In this document: positions 48,201-56,090 of the stretch, in pieces
How the letters are laid out: every line of letters begins with the position of its first letter
How positions within the stretch are numbered: the first letter of the stretch is position 1
Assembly: GCA_028823145.1 (NCBI GenBank)
Contig: JAPKCA010000001.1
Span: 240 to 64,239 of the forward strand
Length of the DNA stretch: 64,000 bases
DNA from: Flavobacteriales bacterium
Lineage (GTDB): Bacteria; Bacteroidota; Bacteroidia; Flavobacteriales_D; Sanyastnellaceae
Direction of reading: 5' to 3'
Translations under genes and position numbers: made by a program
The notes under the pieces: model-generated
Database searches by the model: none
Told to the model about the DNA's origin: nothing
Seen by the model: only the letters and a program-made list of their open reading frames with translations

Positions 48201-48980
48201 TTCCATGGATCGGGCCTGCCATTGATTCCTGGGTTTGTGGAATTGATTGCAGATTCTGATCCAGTTGAATTGCGCGGAGAGAACAATGAACATGTTGATG
48301 ATATCAAGCTCAAGTCGTGGTTGGGGCCCACAGCGATTCAAGTTCCTGCGATCGACAAAGCTGGAGTCGGTTGGATTCGGGCAAAGGAATGGTGGCCGTA
48401 TCAAAGGCCCACATTTGTCACACCGCCATTTGCTGGATATATCAGCGGACACTCGACCTTCAGCCGGGCTGCAGCGGAGGTATTGACCTTGCTGACCGGA
48501 GATGAGTACTTCCCTGGCGGCTTGGGGACATTCCCTGTAGAAGCTCATGAATTCCTCGTGTTTGAGGATGGTCCATCACAAGACCTGGAATTGCAATGGG
48601 CCACGTACCGAGATGCAGCAGATCAAAGTGCGTTGTCTCGCATTTGGGGCGGCATCCACCCACCACAGGATGACTTTCCAGGACGGATCATCGGCGAACT
48701 CGTTGGAATCGACGCTTTTTTACTTGCGGAAACGTACGCCTTCCCATTGCTCTCTCCAGACTGTGGAAGCCAAAATGGCTGTCCATGTCCCGGTGACTTC
48801 AACCAAGATGGTGCTCGGAATTTACCGGATATTTTGCTTTTGCTGATGCATTATGGCGAGCCCATTACTTGGGATGGAAATGGCGCATCACCGGTGATCG
48901 ATCTCGACAACAACGGCATCATCGGAATTGGAGACTTATTAGGTCTGTTGGGCGTTTGGGGTCAACCTTGCAGCGATTGA
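45243..48980 (+). CDS. Large secreted fusion: FG-GAP/VCBS + ASPIC/UnbV (CRTAC1-like) region, ACNY Cys module, vanadium-haloperoxidase/PAP2-like domain, and two dockerin-like repeats
   Basis: Signal peptide. Repeated DxDGDGWxDLY FG-GAP units. RDAVGARVTAYFDG...QGYSGASSMVLHFGLG (ASPIC/UnbV). The PAP2/VHPO triad is K958-x6-RP (IKGWYDYVRP), ISGHST, and SRIWGGIHPPQDD. The tail has GDFNQDGARNLPDILLLLMHYG and DLDNNGIIGIGDLLGLLGVWG. Confidence 0.8.
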   Translation: MNHLHRLQTHLFAALLMGGSAAFSWGQDSALFEDISASAGVNFTGVHHSVAIVDYDGDGWEDIYVGSKFQNNSLFRNMGNLTFQEVGALAGVDDPGDSHAVLWGDFNNDGWPDLITGNYLEANRFYWNNGDGTFTDMTTQLGVGNTGPCRSLHAADFDQDGWLDLYVVNINSQNVMWRNLEGEGFQNLTFQTGTTDMGVGMGSVFFDADNDGDQDLYLTRDGNQVNRFFSNNGNGTFTQMAAEVGLDFQGNCMGVDVADINHDGWLDLYITDLYPSELFINDGDGTFTAIGESSGVNDMGMSWGCAWLDFDNDSESDLYIVNDYAFAPMSNILYRGLGDLAFEVVSAGDSVLEHNYSDYGLAQGDFDRDGDMDLAVASTGSITLPGFTLLKNLNSSGHSIQFKLEGTSSNRDAVGARVTAYFDGTMRMDEVNCGQGYSGASSMVLHFGLGSTTELDSLHIRWPNGINSTYESMAADSLYHLVEPGANSWLYYGCTETHACNYQSASVENDGSCEYPNAGLDCNGSPLPDFPTLETHSIARLWNEALLVAIRNDWARPTVHARNLWHSSALMYDAWSAFSEPSIVSPQSWLLGDTVDGFSIPFSGVLEPESDSERLIARRRALSFGMYRLLQHRFALAPHAQLISVHLHSQMESFGYDTAFVSMDYTTGDLEHDAAALGNYLAQQYIAFGLQDGSREEIQFQNTYYNPMNWNLVMDEPGNPNMFFPNRWQPLQLAEFIDQSGNEGSNISPDFLSPEWGDVTPFAMDTSDTSLFERLGSTYTVYHDPGAPPQINPLVDSDLESDYKWGHVLVAQWSSHLDPSDSVVWDISPGAFGRNGDTPTTMEEARLYYLTEEGGMAPGEGEVGHPYNPTTNEPYAPQSVLRGDFTRVLAEFWADGPESETPPGHWFTLMNYVNDQPSTLRKWRGTGESMSQLDWDVLGYFAMGGAMHDAAISAWSIKGWYDYVRPVSALRWMAEGGQSSDPELPNFHGSGLPLIPGFVELIADSDPVELRGENNEHVDDIKLKSWLGPTAIQVPAIDKAGVGWIRAKEWWPYQRPTFVTPPFAGYISGHSTFSRAAAEVLTLLTGDEYFPGGLGTFPVEAHEFLVFEDGPSQDLELQWATYRDAADQSALSRIWGGIHPPQDDFPGRIIGELVGIDAFLLAETYAFPLLSPDCGSQNGCPCPGDFNQDGARNLPDILLLLMHYGEPITWDGNGASPVIDLDNNGIIGIGDLLGLLGVWGQPCSD

Positions 48981-48981
48981 A

Positions 48982-51231
48982 CTAGTCGTGTATTCCTTGG
49001 GCATGAACCACCAGTTCATCCATAAACATCCAAGACGGCGAAGATGCCGCATCATGCCAATCAGGACAAGGACCTGGGTTCACCGCTTCCATTCGAATCC
49101 ATTCTGCTTGTGCATCCGCAGGCAGTGAAATCCGCACGATATCTTGCAAATCTGTTGGTTCCAAGATATTTCCCAAACTCACCGTTTGGCCTTGCCAATC
49201 TTCCCCATCCAAAGACCAACCAAAATAGATATCCGCTGGTAAAAATATCCAAGCATCTTGGTAGCGGTATAACTGGACGCTCAGTGAGTCCAACATCACG
49301 CGTTGCGGAAGTTGCATCGTGATGGACATATTCTCTGATTGGATCGCCTGCCAGCATCCATCGCGAAAGTCCAAAGAACCCAGCCGCCCATCCGCCAATC
49401 CTTGCATTCCACCACCTGGATAATACGGGCTAATTGAATGACCAATTGTCACCTCTGAGAAAGCGCCAACATGTCCGGCTACAGGGAATATCAGGGTATC
49501 ACGGAGCGGGCGTCCGTGGCGATTTAATATCGCTTGGATTTCACCTTCTCCCTTCAACGACATAAGCGAACCCAAAGGCCTCGAATCGCCAGGTTCCAAA
49601 TCGGACCGCTCGACAAATTGAACCGTTCCTTCCAAATGACCAATGGCCCTTGTCAACGTCACGTCTACACCAAACGGATCGCCCCCCTTGTTCCATGAGA
49701 CCTCAAGCGGAACAGCTTCCAACCCCGCATCTACTCCCCATGCATCGAGCCGTCGGTCGTGCCGAATTTTACGGTCTGAAAAACCTTCCCAATTTCTCAA
49801 ATTTTTGGGACTCCACAGCACCTCTGCCAAAGCCACCATACGTGGAAAGACTTTCGATTCAACCAAGGATTGAGGTGCGTGCTCGGTCCACATGTTGCAT
49901 TCACCACCCAAAATCCGACCCGCGCCCTCCAGGCCTTCAGGCTCAGGTTCAAATCCATATACTTCCTCCATATTGGTGGCACTTATGGGGTAGTCAAAGT
50001 AGCAATGCGACGTAGGAGACATGATGGCATCGCGTCCGGCATTTACAGCAGCCATGCCACCTTCCATTCCACGCCAAGACTGAACAGTAGCGCCCTCCGG
50101 CAAGCCACCCTCCAAGATTTCGTCCCAACCGATTAACTGGCGGCCATGTGCGGCCAAATACCGTCCAATTCGATTGATGAACCAAGACTGAAGTTCATGC
50201 GTGTCATGCAATCCCTCTTCCTCCATCCTTTTTTGGCATTTTGGGCATGCATCCCAACGCACTTTGGGAGCTTCATCCCCACCGATATGAATGAATCGTG
50301 ATGGAAACAACTCCATGACCTCATCCAAAACCGATTCCAAAAAGCGGAAGGTCGTGTCTTGGCCAGCGCAATAAATATCTTTAAAAACTCCCCAATCATT
50401 GGGAACCTCCAAGGTGTCTCCGGTGCAGCTGAGCCATGGATAAGATGCCAATGCCGCACGGCTGTGTCCGGGCAATTCAATTTCCGGTATGACGGTGACA
50501 TGGCGCTGATGCGCATAGGCAACGATGCCACGAATTTCTTCTTTCGTGTAGTAGCCACCGTGTTGAGAACCATCCTTTTCGGTGCGCCATGCACCCACGG
50601 TGGTCAAAGATGGATACGCTTCGATCGGTACGCGCCAACCTTGATCTTCTGTCAAATGCCAATGGAGCACGTTCATCTTGTGAAGCGCCAGTAAATCAAT
50701 CATCCGTTTGATAAAATCCGGCTCCATGAAGTGCCTGCAGCAATCCAGCAAAAGACCTCGATGTTCGAAGCGGGGCGCATCAAAAATTTCCACTTCAGGC
50801 ATCAGAACATCATTTTTAAACCCAAGTTGTTCCGCTTCCACGGGCAGGATTTGACGCAACGTGGTCAACCCTCGAAAAACCCCTTCAGCATCTGAAGCAT
50901 GGATACTGACCCCTTTCGTGGAATCCACCTGCAAACCATATCCACCAACAGGGGTTTTTTCGGAAAAAATCACACGCAATGGAGTACCTGTTGAATCTGC
51001 TTGACCTGGAATCCAATCCTGCCAAAATCCTTGCTGACCCACCCATTTCGGAGATATTTCCCAGCGCCATCGGAGTCCCTTCACCAACAAAGTGGCCGCT
51101 GATGCCTTCGTTTCCATTTGAGCGGGCAAGGGGACCAATCCATCCAAAGAACCATACACCGATTCTTCAGCAGTTTGGGAACATGAAGAAAGGATCAAGC
51201 AGATAACAAAAGGGAGAATGGTGAATCGCAT
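48982..51231 (-). CDS. GH20 beta-N-acetylhexosaminidase lipoprotein with a C-terminal discoidin (F5/8 type C)-like domain
   Basis: Lipobox MRFTILPFVICLILSSC. GH20 catalytic HIGGDE, with HWHLTDDQGWR-like HWHLTEDQGWR. The start could also be 51255. Confidence 0.85.
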   Translation of the reverse strand: MRFTILPFVICLILSSCSQTAEESVYGSLDGLVPLPAQMETKASAATLLVKGLRWRWEISPKWVGQQGFWQDWIPGQADSTGTPLRVIFSEKTPVGGYGLQVDSTKGVSIHASDAEGVFRGLTTLRQILPVEAEQLGFKNDVLMPEVEIFDAPRFEHRGLLLDCCRHFMEPDFIKRMIDLLALHKMNVLHWHLTEDQGWRVPIEAYPSLTTVGAWRTEKDGSQHGGYYTKEEIRGIVAYAHQRHVTVIPEIELPGHSRAALASYPWLSCTGDTLEVPNDWGVFKDIYCAGQDTTFRFLESVLDEVMELFPSRFIHIGGDEAPKVRWDACPKCQKRMEEEGLHDTHELQSWFINRIGRYLAAHGRQLIGWDEILEGGLPEGATVQSWRGMEGGMAAVNAGRDAIMSPTSHCYFDYPISATNMEEVYGFEPEPEGLEGAGRILGGECNMWTEHAPQSLVESKVFPRMVALAEVLWSPKNLRNWEGFSDRKIRHDRRLDAWGVDAGLEAVPLEVSWNKGGDPFGVDVTLTRAIGHLEGTVQFVERSDLEPGDSRPLGSLMSLKGEGEIQAILNRHGRPLRDTLIFPVAGHVGAFSEVTIGHSISPYYPGGGMQGLADGRLGSLDFRDGCWQAIQSENMSITMQLPQRVMLDSLSVQLYRYQDAWIFLPADIYFGWSLDGEDWQGQTVSLGNILEPTDLQDIVRISLPADAQAEWIRMEAVNPGPCPDWHDAASSPSWMFMDELVVHAQGIHD

Positions 51232-51264
51232 GGTTTCAAAAATAGGGTGTTGCATATGCTCAAA

Positions 51265-52776
51265 TCACGGGAACCACGCGCGAACCGCATCAGCTGAAAC
51301 GGGGTACGTGGTGCCATCAAAATACTTCATGGTTCTTTCATTTTTCTGTCGGCATGAGGCATGCACGGCACCGACCCCCATGTTCTGCCAAGTCGCTTTT
51401 TGGTCGGGATGAACGCCACTCGCCACAGTGACGTCGAATCCCCATTCCAGCAATTGAGCAATTCTGGCTTGGCCATCCCATGCACGCTCTTCACCTCCAC
51501 TACTCAACAACCTCAAAACCCCCAATTCACGCAAGGCATGTACATCCGACTCCCAATTTAGCGAAGCGTCCAATGCTCGGTGGATGACAAGTCGGTGTGC
51601 GCCAAACAAGTCGGTCCAGCGACGAATTTTTTCGATTTCGAACCGGCCTTGAGCGTCCAATGCGCCAACTACGACGCGACTAGCACCGGAATTCAACGAT
51701 GCTTCAACTTGATGGGTCATCCCCTCCCATTCAGATTCGGAATACTCAAAATGTCCCGCCCGTGGACGGATCAAGCTGTATACCGGAATGCCATGCTCGC
51801 AAGCACGGCGAATATCCACTTCGTTGGGCGTTAAACCACCGCATTCCCAATGGGAGCATAGTTCCACTCGACGGGCACCATGAGCCGAAGCAATGGCCAC
51901 ATCTTCTGGTGAACTGGCACACACTTCCAATGTCAACGGGTCGTTTGGATCGGCAAGTTGGTGGCTGACATGTTCCAAATCCGCCAAGCTCGTCATGTCC
52001 AATATGGATTCCGCGATGGGCAAAACCTCCAATCCATGGCCGGAATCAATCATGGCCTGCACGGCAGATGGCAATTCCTTTTCCCCACGTTTCGGATGCG
52101 GTGACAAGGCGAGTAAAAAAGGCATTAAAATTTCAGCATCAAACCGGAAAAGATTCATTGAAACCAAGACCGGACCCTTCAAATGCAAGCGGTTAATGGT
52201 ACTTACGTCTGGCTTTTCACAAATGGAAACAAGACGTCCCTCTTGCATTTCGATAACGGCAAATGATTCAACCCGATCTGGCGGCAATCCCAGACACATG
52301 CGGTCATAGCCTAAAAGCGCTTGACCAGAGGGGACTCCTCGCAACCGAGCCAAAGCTCGAACCGAAGGTAAATTATCCCCGTTGCATAAAACAAAGCCCG
52401 ATTGAGAAGGCAATGGATCTTGTTCCATCGCCACCAACACTGCATGGCCCGTGCCGAGGGGTTCATCTTGAATTGCCAACGCAATGCGCATCCGAACCCC
52501 GATGCCCCGCTCATTCCACCCTTGGACAAACGATTCAGTAACGTGATCTGACGGAGCTACGACCAATGTCGCTTCACTGAAACCAGCCGCTAGTGCGTTC
52601 TCTAAAACAAACTGCAAAAACGGCTGCCCTTCTTCTCCGACTCGGATCATGGGTTTTGGTCGGGACAAGGCGTCTTGACGCCATGCGTCCGGCCAATGGG
52701 ATGCTGTCTGCGCCGAACTTTTCTTCATGCGTGTCGCCCTGCCAGCCCCTAAAATGATGATTCGTTCACATCGCAT
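51265..52776 (-). CDS. Fusion protein: sugar-phosphate nucleotidyltransferase (N-terminal ~280 aa) + CutC-family TIM-barrel domain (C-terminal ~220 aa)
   Basis: The N-terminus has IILGAGRATRM (GxGxR pyrophosphorylase loop), EPLGTGHAV and CNGDNL. From about aa 281, LTLEVCASSPEDVAIASAHGARRVELCS...GGLTP...IRPRAGHFEYS matches the CutC signature layout. Confidence 0.75.
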   Translation of the reverse strand: MRCERIIILGAGRATRMKKSSAQTASHWPDAWRQDALSRPKPMIRVGEEGQPFLQFVLENALAAGFSEATLVVAPSDHVTESFVQGWNERGIGVRMRIALAIQDEPLGTGHAVLVAMEQDPLPSQSGFVLCNGDNLPSVRALARLRGVPSGQALLGYDRMCLGLPPDRVESFAVIEMQEGRLVSICEKPDVSTINRLHLKGPVLVSMNLFRFDAEILMPFLLALSPHPKRGEKELPSAVQAMIDSGHGLEVLPIAESILDMTSLADLEHVSHQLADPNDPLTLEVCASSPEDVAIASAHGARRVELCSHWECGGLTPNEVDIRRACEHGIPVYSLIRPRAGHFEYSESEWEGMTHQVEASLNSGASRVVVGALDAQGRFEIEKIRRWTDLFGAHRLVIHRALDASLNWESDVHALRELGVLRLLSSGGEERAWDGQARIAQLLEWGFDVTVASGVHPDQKATWQNMGVGAVHASCRQKNERTMKYFDGTTYPVSADAVRAWFP

Positions 52777-52818
52777 GAGCTAAAGGTCTACAAATCTTTT
52801 TGACATCAAGTTCCCTGA

Positions 52819-53874
52819 TTAATCCTGTTCTATTGTCACTCCATCTTCTCCCAGTTCCACAACCATTGGTCGTCCTCCCTTAGATTCTACGGCTGAATTC
52901 ACATCTTGAACCATCGAACTCTCCGTGACCACAAAGCAGGTACCCCCTCCACCCGAACCATTGATTTTTCCACCCCATGCTCCGGCATCCAAGGCTGCCA
53001 TCAGAATGCGATCGATGCGATCAGTTGAAACATGGAGCACATCGCGAAGCAAATCATGGTGGTGTGTCAACAAAGGAGCCCATTGAAGCGGTTCATCGGC
53101 AAAATCCCTCAAACCTTGGTATCCGAATTCGCTGACATCACGAATGGCCACTGTTCCTTCCATCAATGCGCTTTGGTCAAGCGAGAATGAAACAGGAAGT
53201 GGAGGCAGTGCCTTGCCGGAGTCCAAAGACCAAGTGGTATCCCAATGCTCCATCAAATCCAGTCGTTGGTGTTTGGCACGCCCCAACACACCCAAGGTGT
53301 TTTTCGGTTCGCCGGAATCGATTAATATCCACGTTCCTGTTGGTTTGGGAAGGCTGATTTCACAAAAGGAAGGCGCAAATTCAAATCTCCTCACTCCTCC
53401 CAATGCACAGGCATAGTGGTCCATCATTCCACCGGGTTCGTTGAACCATTGAACTTCAGCGCGATGTGCTGCTTCCGCTACCCAGCGAGGAGTTACATCC
53501 AAGCCCGAACGAACAGCAATCATACCACACCAGGCCACCACCAAAGCGGTTGAACTACTGGCTCCCGCTTGCTGTGGAATATCACTCGTCACTTGCGCAT
53601 TCCAACCCGTTTTAGGCAACCATCCTTCACGGGAAGCGACATGCAATGCCGACAACCAATATCCCCTGGAACCTGGCGCAGGCAACGCATCCAAATCCCA
53701 CGAAAAAACCTCCCCGATATCCAATAATTCGAGATGAACGATCCGATCTTCCCGGGATTGACTCCGCACTTGGCAGCGAACATCTACGGCAGCAGCAACC
53801 ACCGGCAACCCCAAATAATCCTGGTGCTCACCAAACAGGCAAATACGGCCAGGAGCTGAAGCATTGACGTTCAC
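52819..53874 (-). CDS. GHMP-family sugar kinase (galactokinase / GalNAc-kinase-like)
   Basis: APGRICLFGEHQDYLG (galactokinase signature), IPQQAGASSSTALVVA (GHMP ATP motif) and INGSGGGGTCFVV. The GTG start at 53874 forms a GTGA overlap with the upstream symporter stop. The listed 54045 start runs into the symporter gene. Confidence 0.75.
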   Translation of the reverse strand: MNVNASAPGRICLFGEHQDYLGLPVVAAAVDVRCQVRSQSREDRIVHLELLDIGEVFSWDLDALPAPGSRGYWLSALHVASREGWLPKTGWNAQVTSDIPQQAGASSSTALVVAWCGMIAVRSGLDVTPRWVAEAAHRAEVQWFNEPGGMMDHYACALGGVRRFEFAPSFCEISLPKPTGTWILIDSGEPKNTLGVLGRAKHQRLDLMEHWDTTWSLDSGKALPPLPVSFSLDQSALMEGTVAIRDVSEFGYQGLRDFADEPLQWAPLLTHHHDLLRDVLHVSTDRIDRILMAALDAGAWGGKINGSGGGGTCFVVTESSMVQDVNSAVESKGGRPMVVELGEDGVTIEQD

Positions 53875-55631
53875 TTCTTGGAGCGATTGATCCAAATGAT
53901 CGCTACAGCACAAATCACGGCAAGGGAAGTCAACCAGATGGCTCGATCGGTGGCAGCATACAACCACGAACCCGTCGCAAACAAGGCAGCATACACCCCG
54001 ACTGAACCCAAAATCATAGAGAGCATGCCCATGGGAACCGACCACGCTTCTCCTTTGGGTGAACCGTCACTCCATCTTTTCCATCCGGGACCCCCTGGAC
54101 GAACTTTGGACACAAAAGATTGCAACGTAGCATCCGACTCAGCTGGAGTTAATAACGTTCCGACTATCCAAATCGAGGTCGTCAACAAAGTCCCCCACAG
54201 CAGCTTTTCGTAGTCGGCCAATTCCACCCAATTCAAGTGATCATGGACGAACGTAAAGTAGCCTGCGACCAAAATCGATCCTACCATCGCAATCAACTCC
54301 GTCCAAGCACTGATTCGCCACCAAAACCATCGCAGAATGAAAAGCCCGCCCGTTCCAGCACCAATCAACAACAGCAAATTGAATGCTTGCCCCGCATCCG
54401 TCAACAACAATCCCAGTCCTCCTCCCAAAATGAGCGAAATTACCGTGGCAATGCGACCCGCTCGAACTTGCTCCCTTCCCGTTGCTTCAGGATGAATGAA
54501 TCTCACCCAAAAATCATTGACCAAATAGCTCGCGCCCAAATTGATTTGCGTCGACATGGTACTCATAAAAGCCGCAAGCAACGAAGCTGCGACAAGGCCT
54601 AACAGCCCTGGAGGAAGCAATGAAAGCATGGCAGGATAGGCCAAATCATGTCCAATCTTGTCGGCGGGTATATCTGGGAATGCTTGTTGCAAATCAGCCA
54701 GAGTAGGATAAACCACGATGGATGCCAAGGCAATCAAAATCCATGGCCATGGACGCAAGGCATAGTGCGCCACATTGAACAACAACGTAGCACCCACGGC
54801 ATTCGACTCGTCCTTGGCGCTAAACATGCGTTGGGCGATGTACCCTCCACCTCCGGGTTCTGCACCGGGATAATAACTCGCCCACCATTGCACCGCTAGA
54901 GGAACCAACAAAACGGGGATCCAAGCCGAAGGATCGGACATGTCAGGCAGCATGTTCGTTTTTGAAGCCACATCCGGATGCTCAAGAAGGGCCGTCAATC
55001 CCCCAATCATCTCCAAGTCTAACAAATAGATACATGCCCAAACGCTGCCGATCATCGCCAATATGAATTGAACGAAATCGGTCAAAATCACAGCCCTAAG
55101 CCCTCCCAACGCACTGTAAGAAATCGTAATGACACCGGTAATCAGAAGCGTCAGCCATCCTGGCCAGCCCATCAAAATGCCACCGAGCTTAATGGCCGCC
55201 AACGAAACCGTTCCCATGACCAATACATTGAACACCAAACCCAAGTACAAGGCTCTGAAGCCCCTCAACCATGCAGCCGGTTTCCCTCCGTAACGCAATT
55301 CATAAAATTCGATGTCCGTCAAAACGCCCGAACGGTGCCACAACCGGGCATACACAAAAACCGTGAGCATTCCCGTCAACAAAAAGGCCCACCAGCCCCA
55401 GTTTCCGCTCACCCCTTGTTCCCTGACGAGACCCGTCACCAAGTTCGGCGTGTCTGTGGAAAATGTGGTCGCCACCATACTCACTCCGAGCAACCACCAT
55501 GGCATGTTGCCTCCTGCCAAGAAAAAGCTCTTGGCATCTTGACCTGCTTGACGTGAAGCCCAAAGGCCAACACCCATGGCCAACAAAAAATAGGCCGCGA
55601 TGATCGCCCAATCTAGTCCTGTTAAATGCAT
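53871..55631 (-). CDS. Sodium:solute symporter (SSS) family transporter
   Basis: 586 aa, about 13-14 TM segments, with an SSS-like N-terminus (LDWAIIAAYFLLAMGVGLWASR...FFLAGGNMPWW). Confidence 0.8.
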   Translation of the reverse strand: MHLTGLDWAIIAAYFLLAMGVGLWASRQAGQDAKSFFLAGGNMPWWLLGVSMVATTFSTDTPNLVTGLVREQGVSGNWGWWAFLLTGMLTVFVYARLWHRSGVLTDIEFYELRYGGKPAAWLRGFRALYLGLVFNVLVMGTVSLAAIKLGGILMGWPGWLTLLITGVITISYSALGGLRAVILTDFVQFILAMIGSVWACIYLLDLEMIGGLTALLEHPDVASKTNMLPDMSDPSAWIPVLLVPLAVQWWASYYPGAEPGGGGYIAQRMFSAKDESNAVGATLLFNVAHYALRPWPWILIALASIVVYPTLADLQQAFPDIPADKIGHDLAYPAMLSLLPPGLLGLVAASLLAAFMSTMSTQINLGASYLVNDFWVRFIHPEATGREQVRAGRIATVISLILGGGLGLLLTDAGQAFNLLLLIGAGTGGLFILRWFWWRISAWTELIAMVGSILVAGYFTFVHDHLNWVELADYEKLLWGTLLTTSIWIVGTLLTPAESDATLQSFVSKVRPGGPGWKRWSDGSPKGEAWSVPMGMLSMILGSVGVYAALFATGSWLYAATDRAIWLTSLAVICAVAIIWINRSKK

Positions 55632-55674
55632 GCCACAAGAATAGGAATTAGGATACCAAGAACGCGTATGGTGT

Positions 55675-56034
55675 TCATAAGCCGAGCTCCAATCGGGATT
55701 TTTTCGTCATGGAAGCGACAACTCGCTCGTAACTATGTTCAATCAACTCTCCCACCAGTTTTAACGGTACATCCGATTCAGCATCAACAGAATTCCAATG
55801 CTTCTTATTGAGGTGCCAACCTGGCCGAATGCCCAGAAACTGCTCTCGCAATTCGATGGCTCGTTCCGGACTGCACTTGAGAGAAATGCCGGTAAAATTA
55901 TCAATGTCCGCAATCGCAAACACCTTTCCCTCAACCTTCCACACCATGGTATGTGTGTCGAACGGAAAGCTCTCTGAAACGTACCGATAGGACAAGCATA
56001 CGTCACGAACTTCATCGAATTCAAAAGATCTCAT
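55675..56034 (-). CDS. MmcQ/YjbR family protein
   Basis: FPFDTHTMVWKVEGKVFAI...SLKCSPERAIELREQF..I.PGWHLNKKHWNSV is typical of the family. Confidence 0.75.
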   Translation of the reverse strand: MRSFEFDEVRDVCLSYRYVSESFPFDTHTMVWKVEGKVFAIADIDNFTGISLKCSPERAIELREQFLGIRPGWHLNKKHWNSVDAESDVPLKLVGELIEHSYERVVASMTKKSRLELGL

Positions 56035-56090
56035 TGGGAATGAAGGAAAGGAAGCTAATTTGCGGCAAATTTCGACGAAACCTTATCACG

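Noticed and set aside
53875-54045. Upstream extension of the GHMP kinase ORF (MVGSHGHALYDF...)
   Set aside because: It overlaps the symporter C-terminus and is Cys-rich nonsense. The galactokinase signature starts right after GTG 53874.
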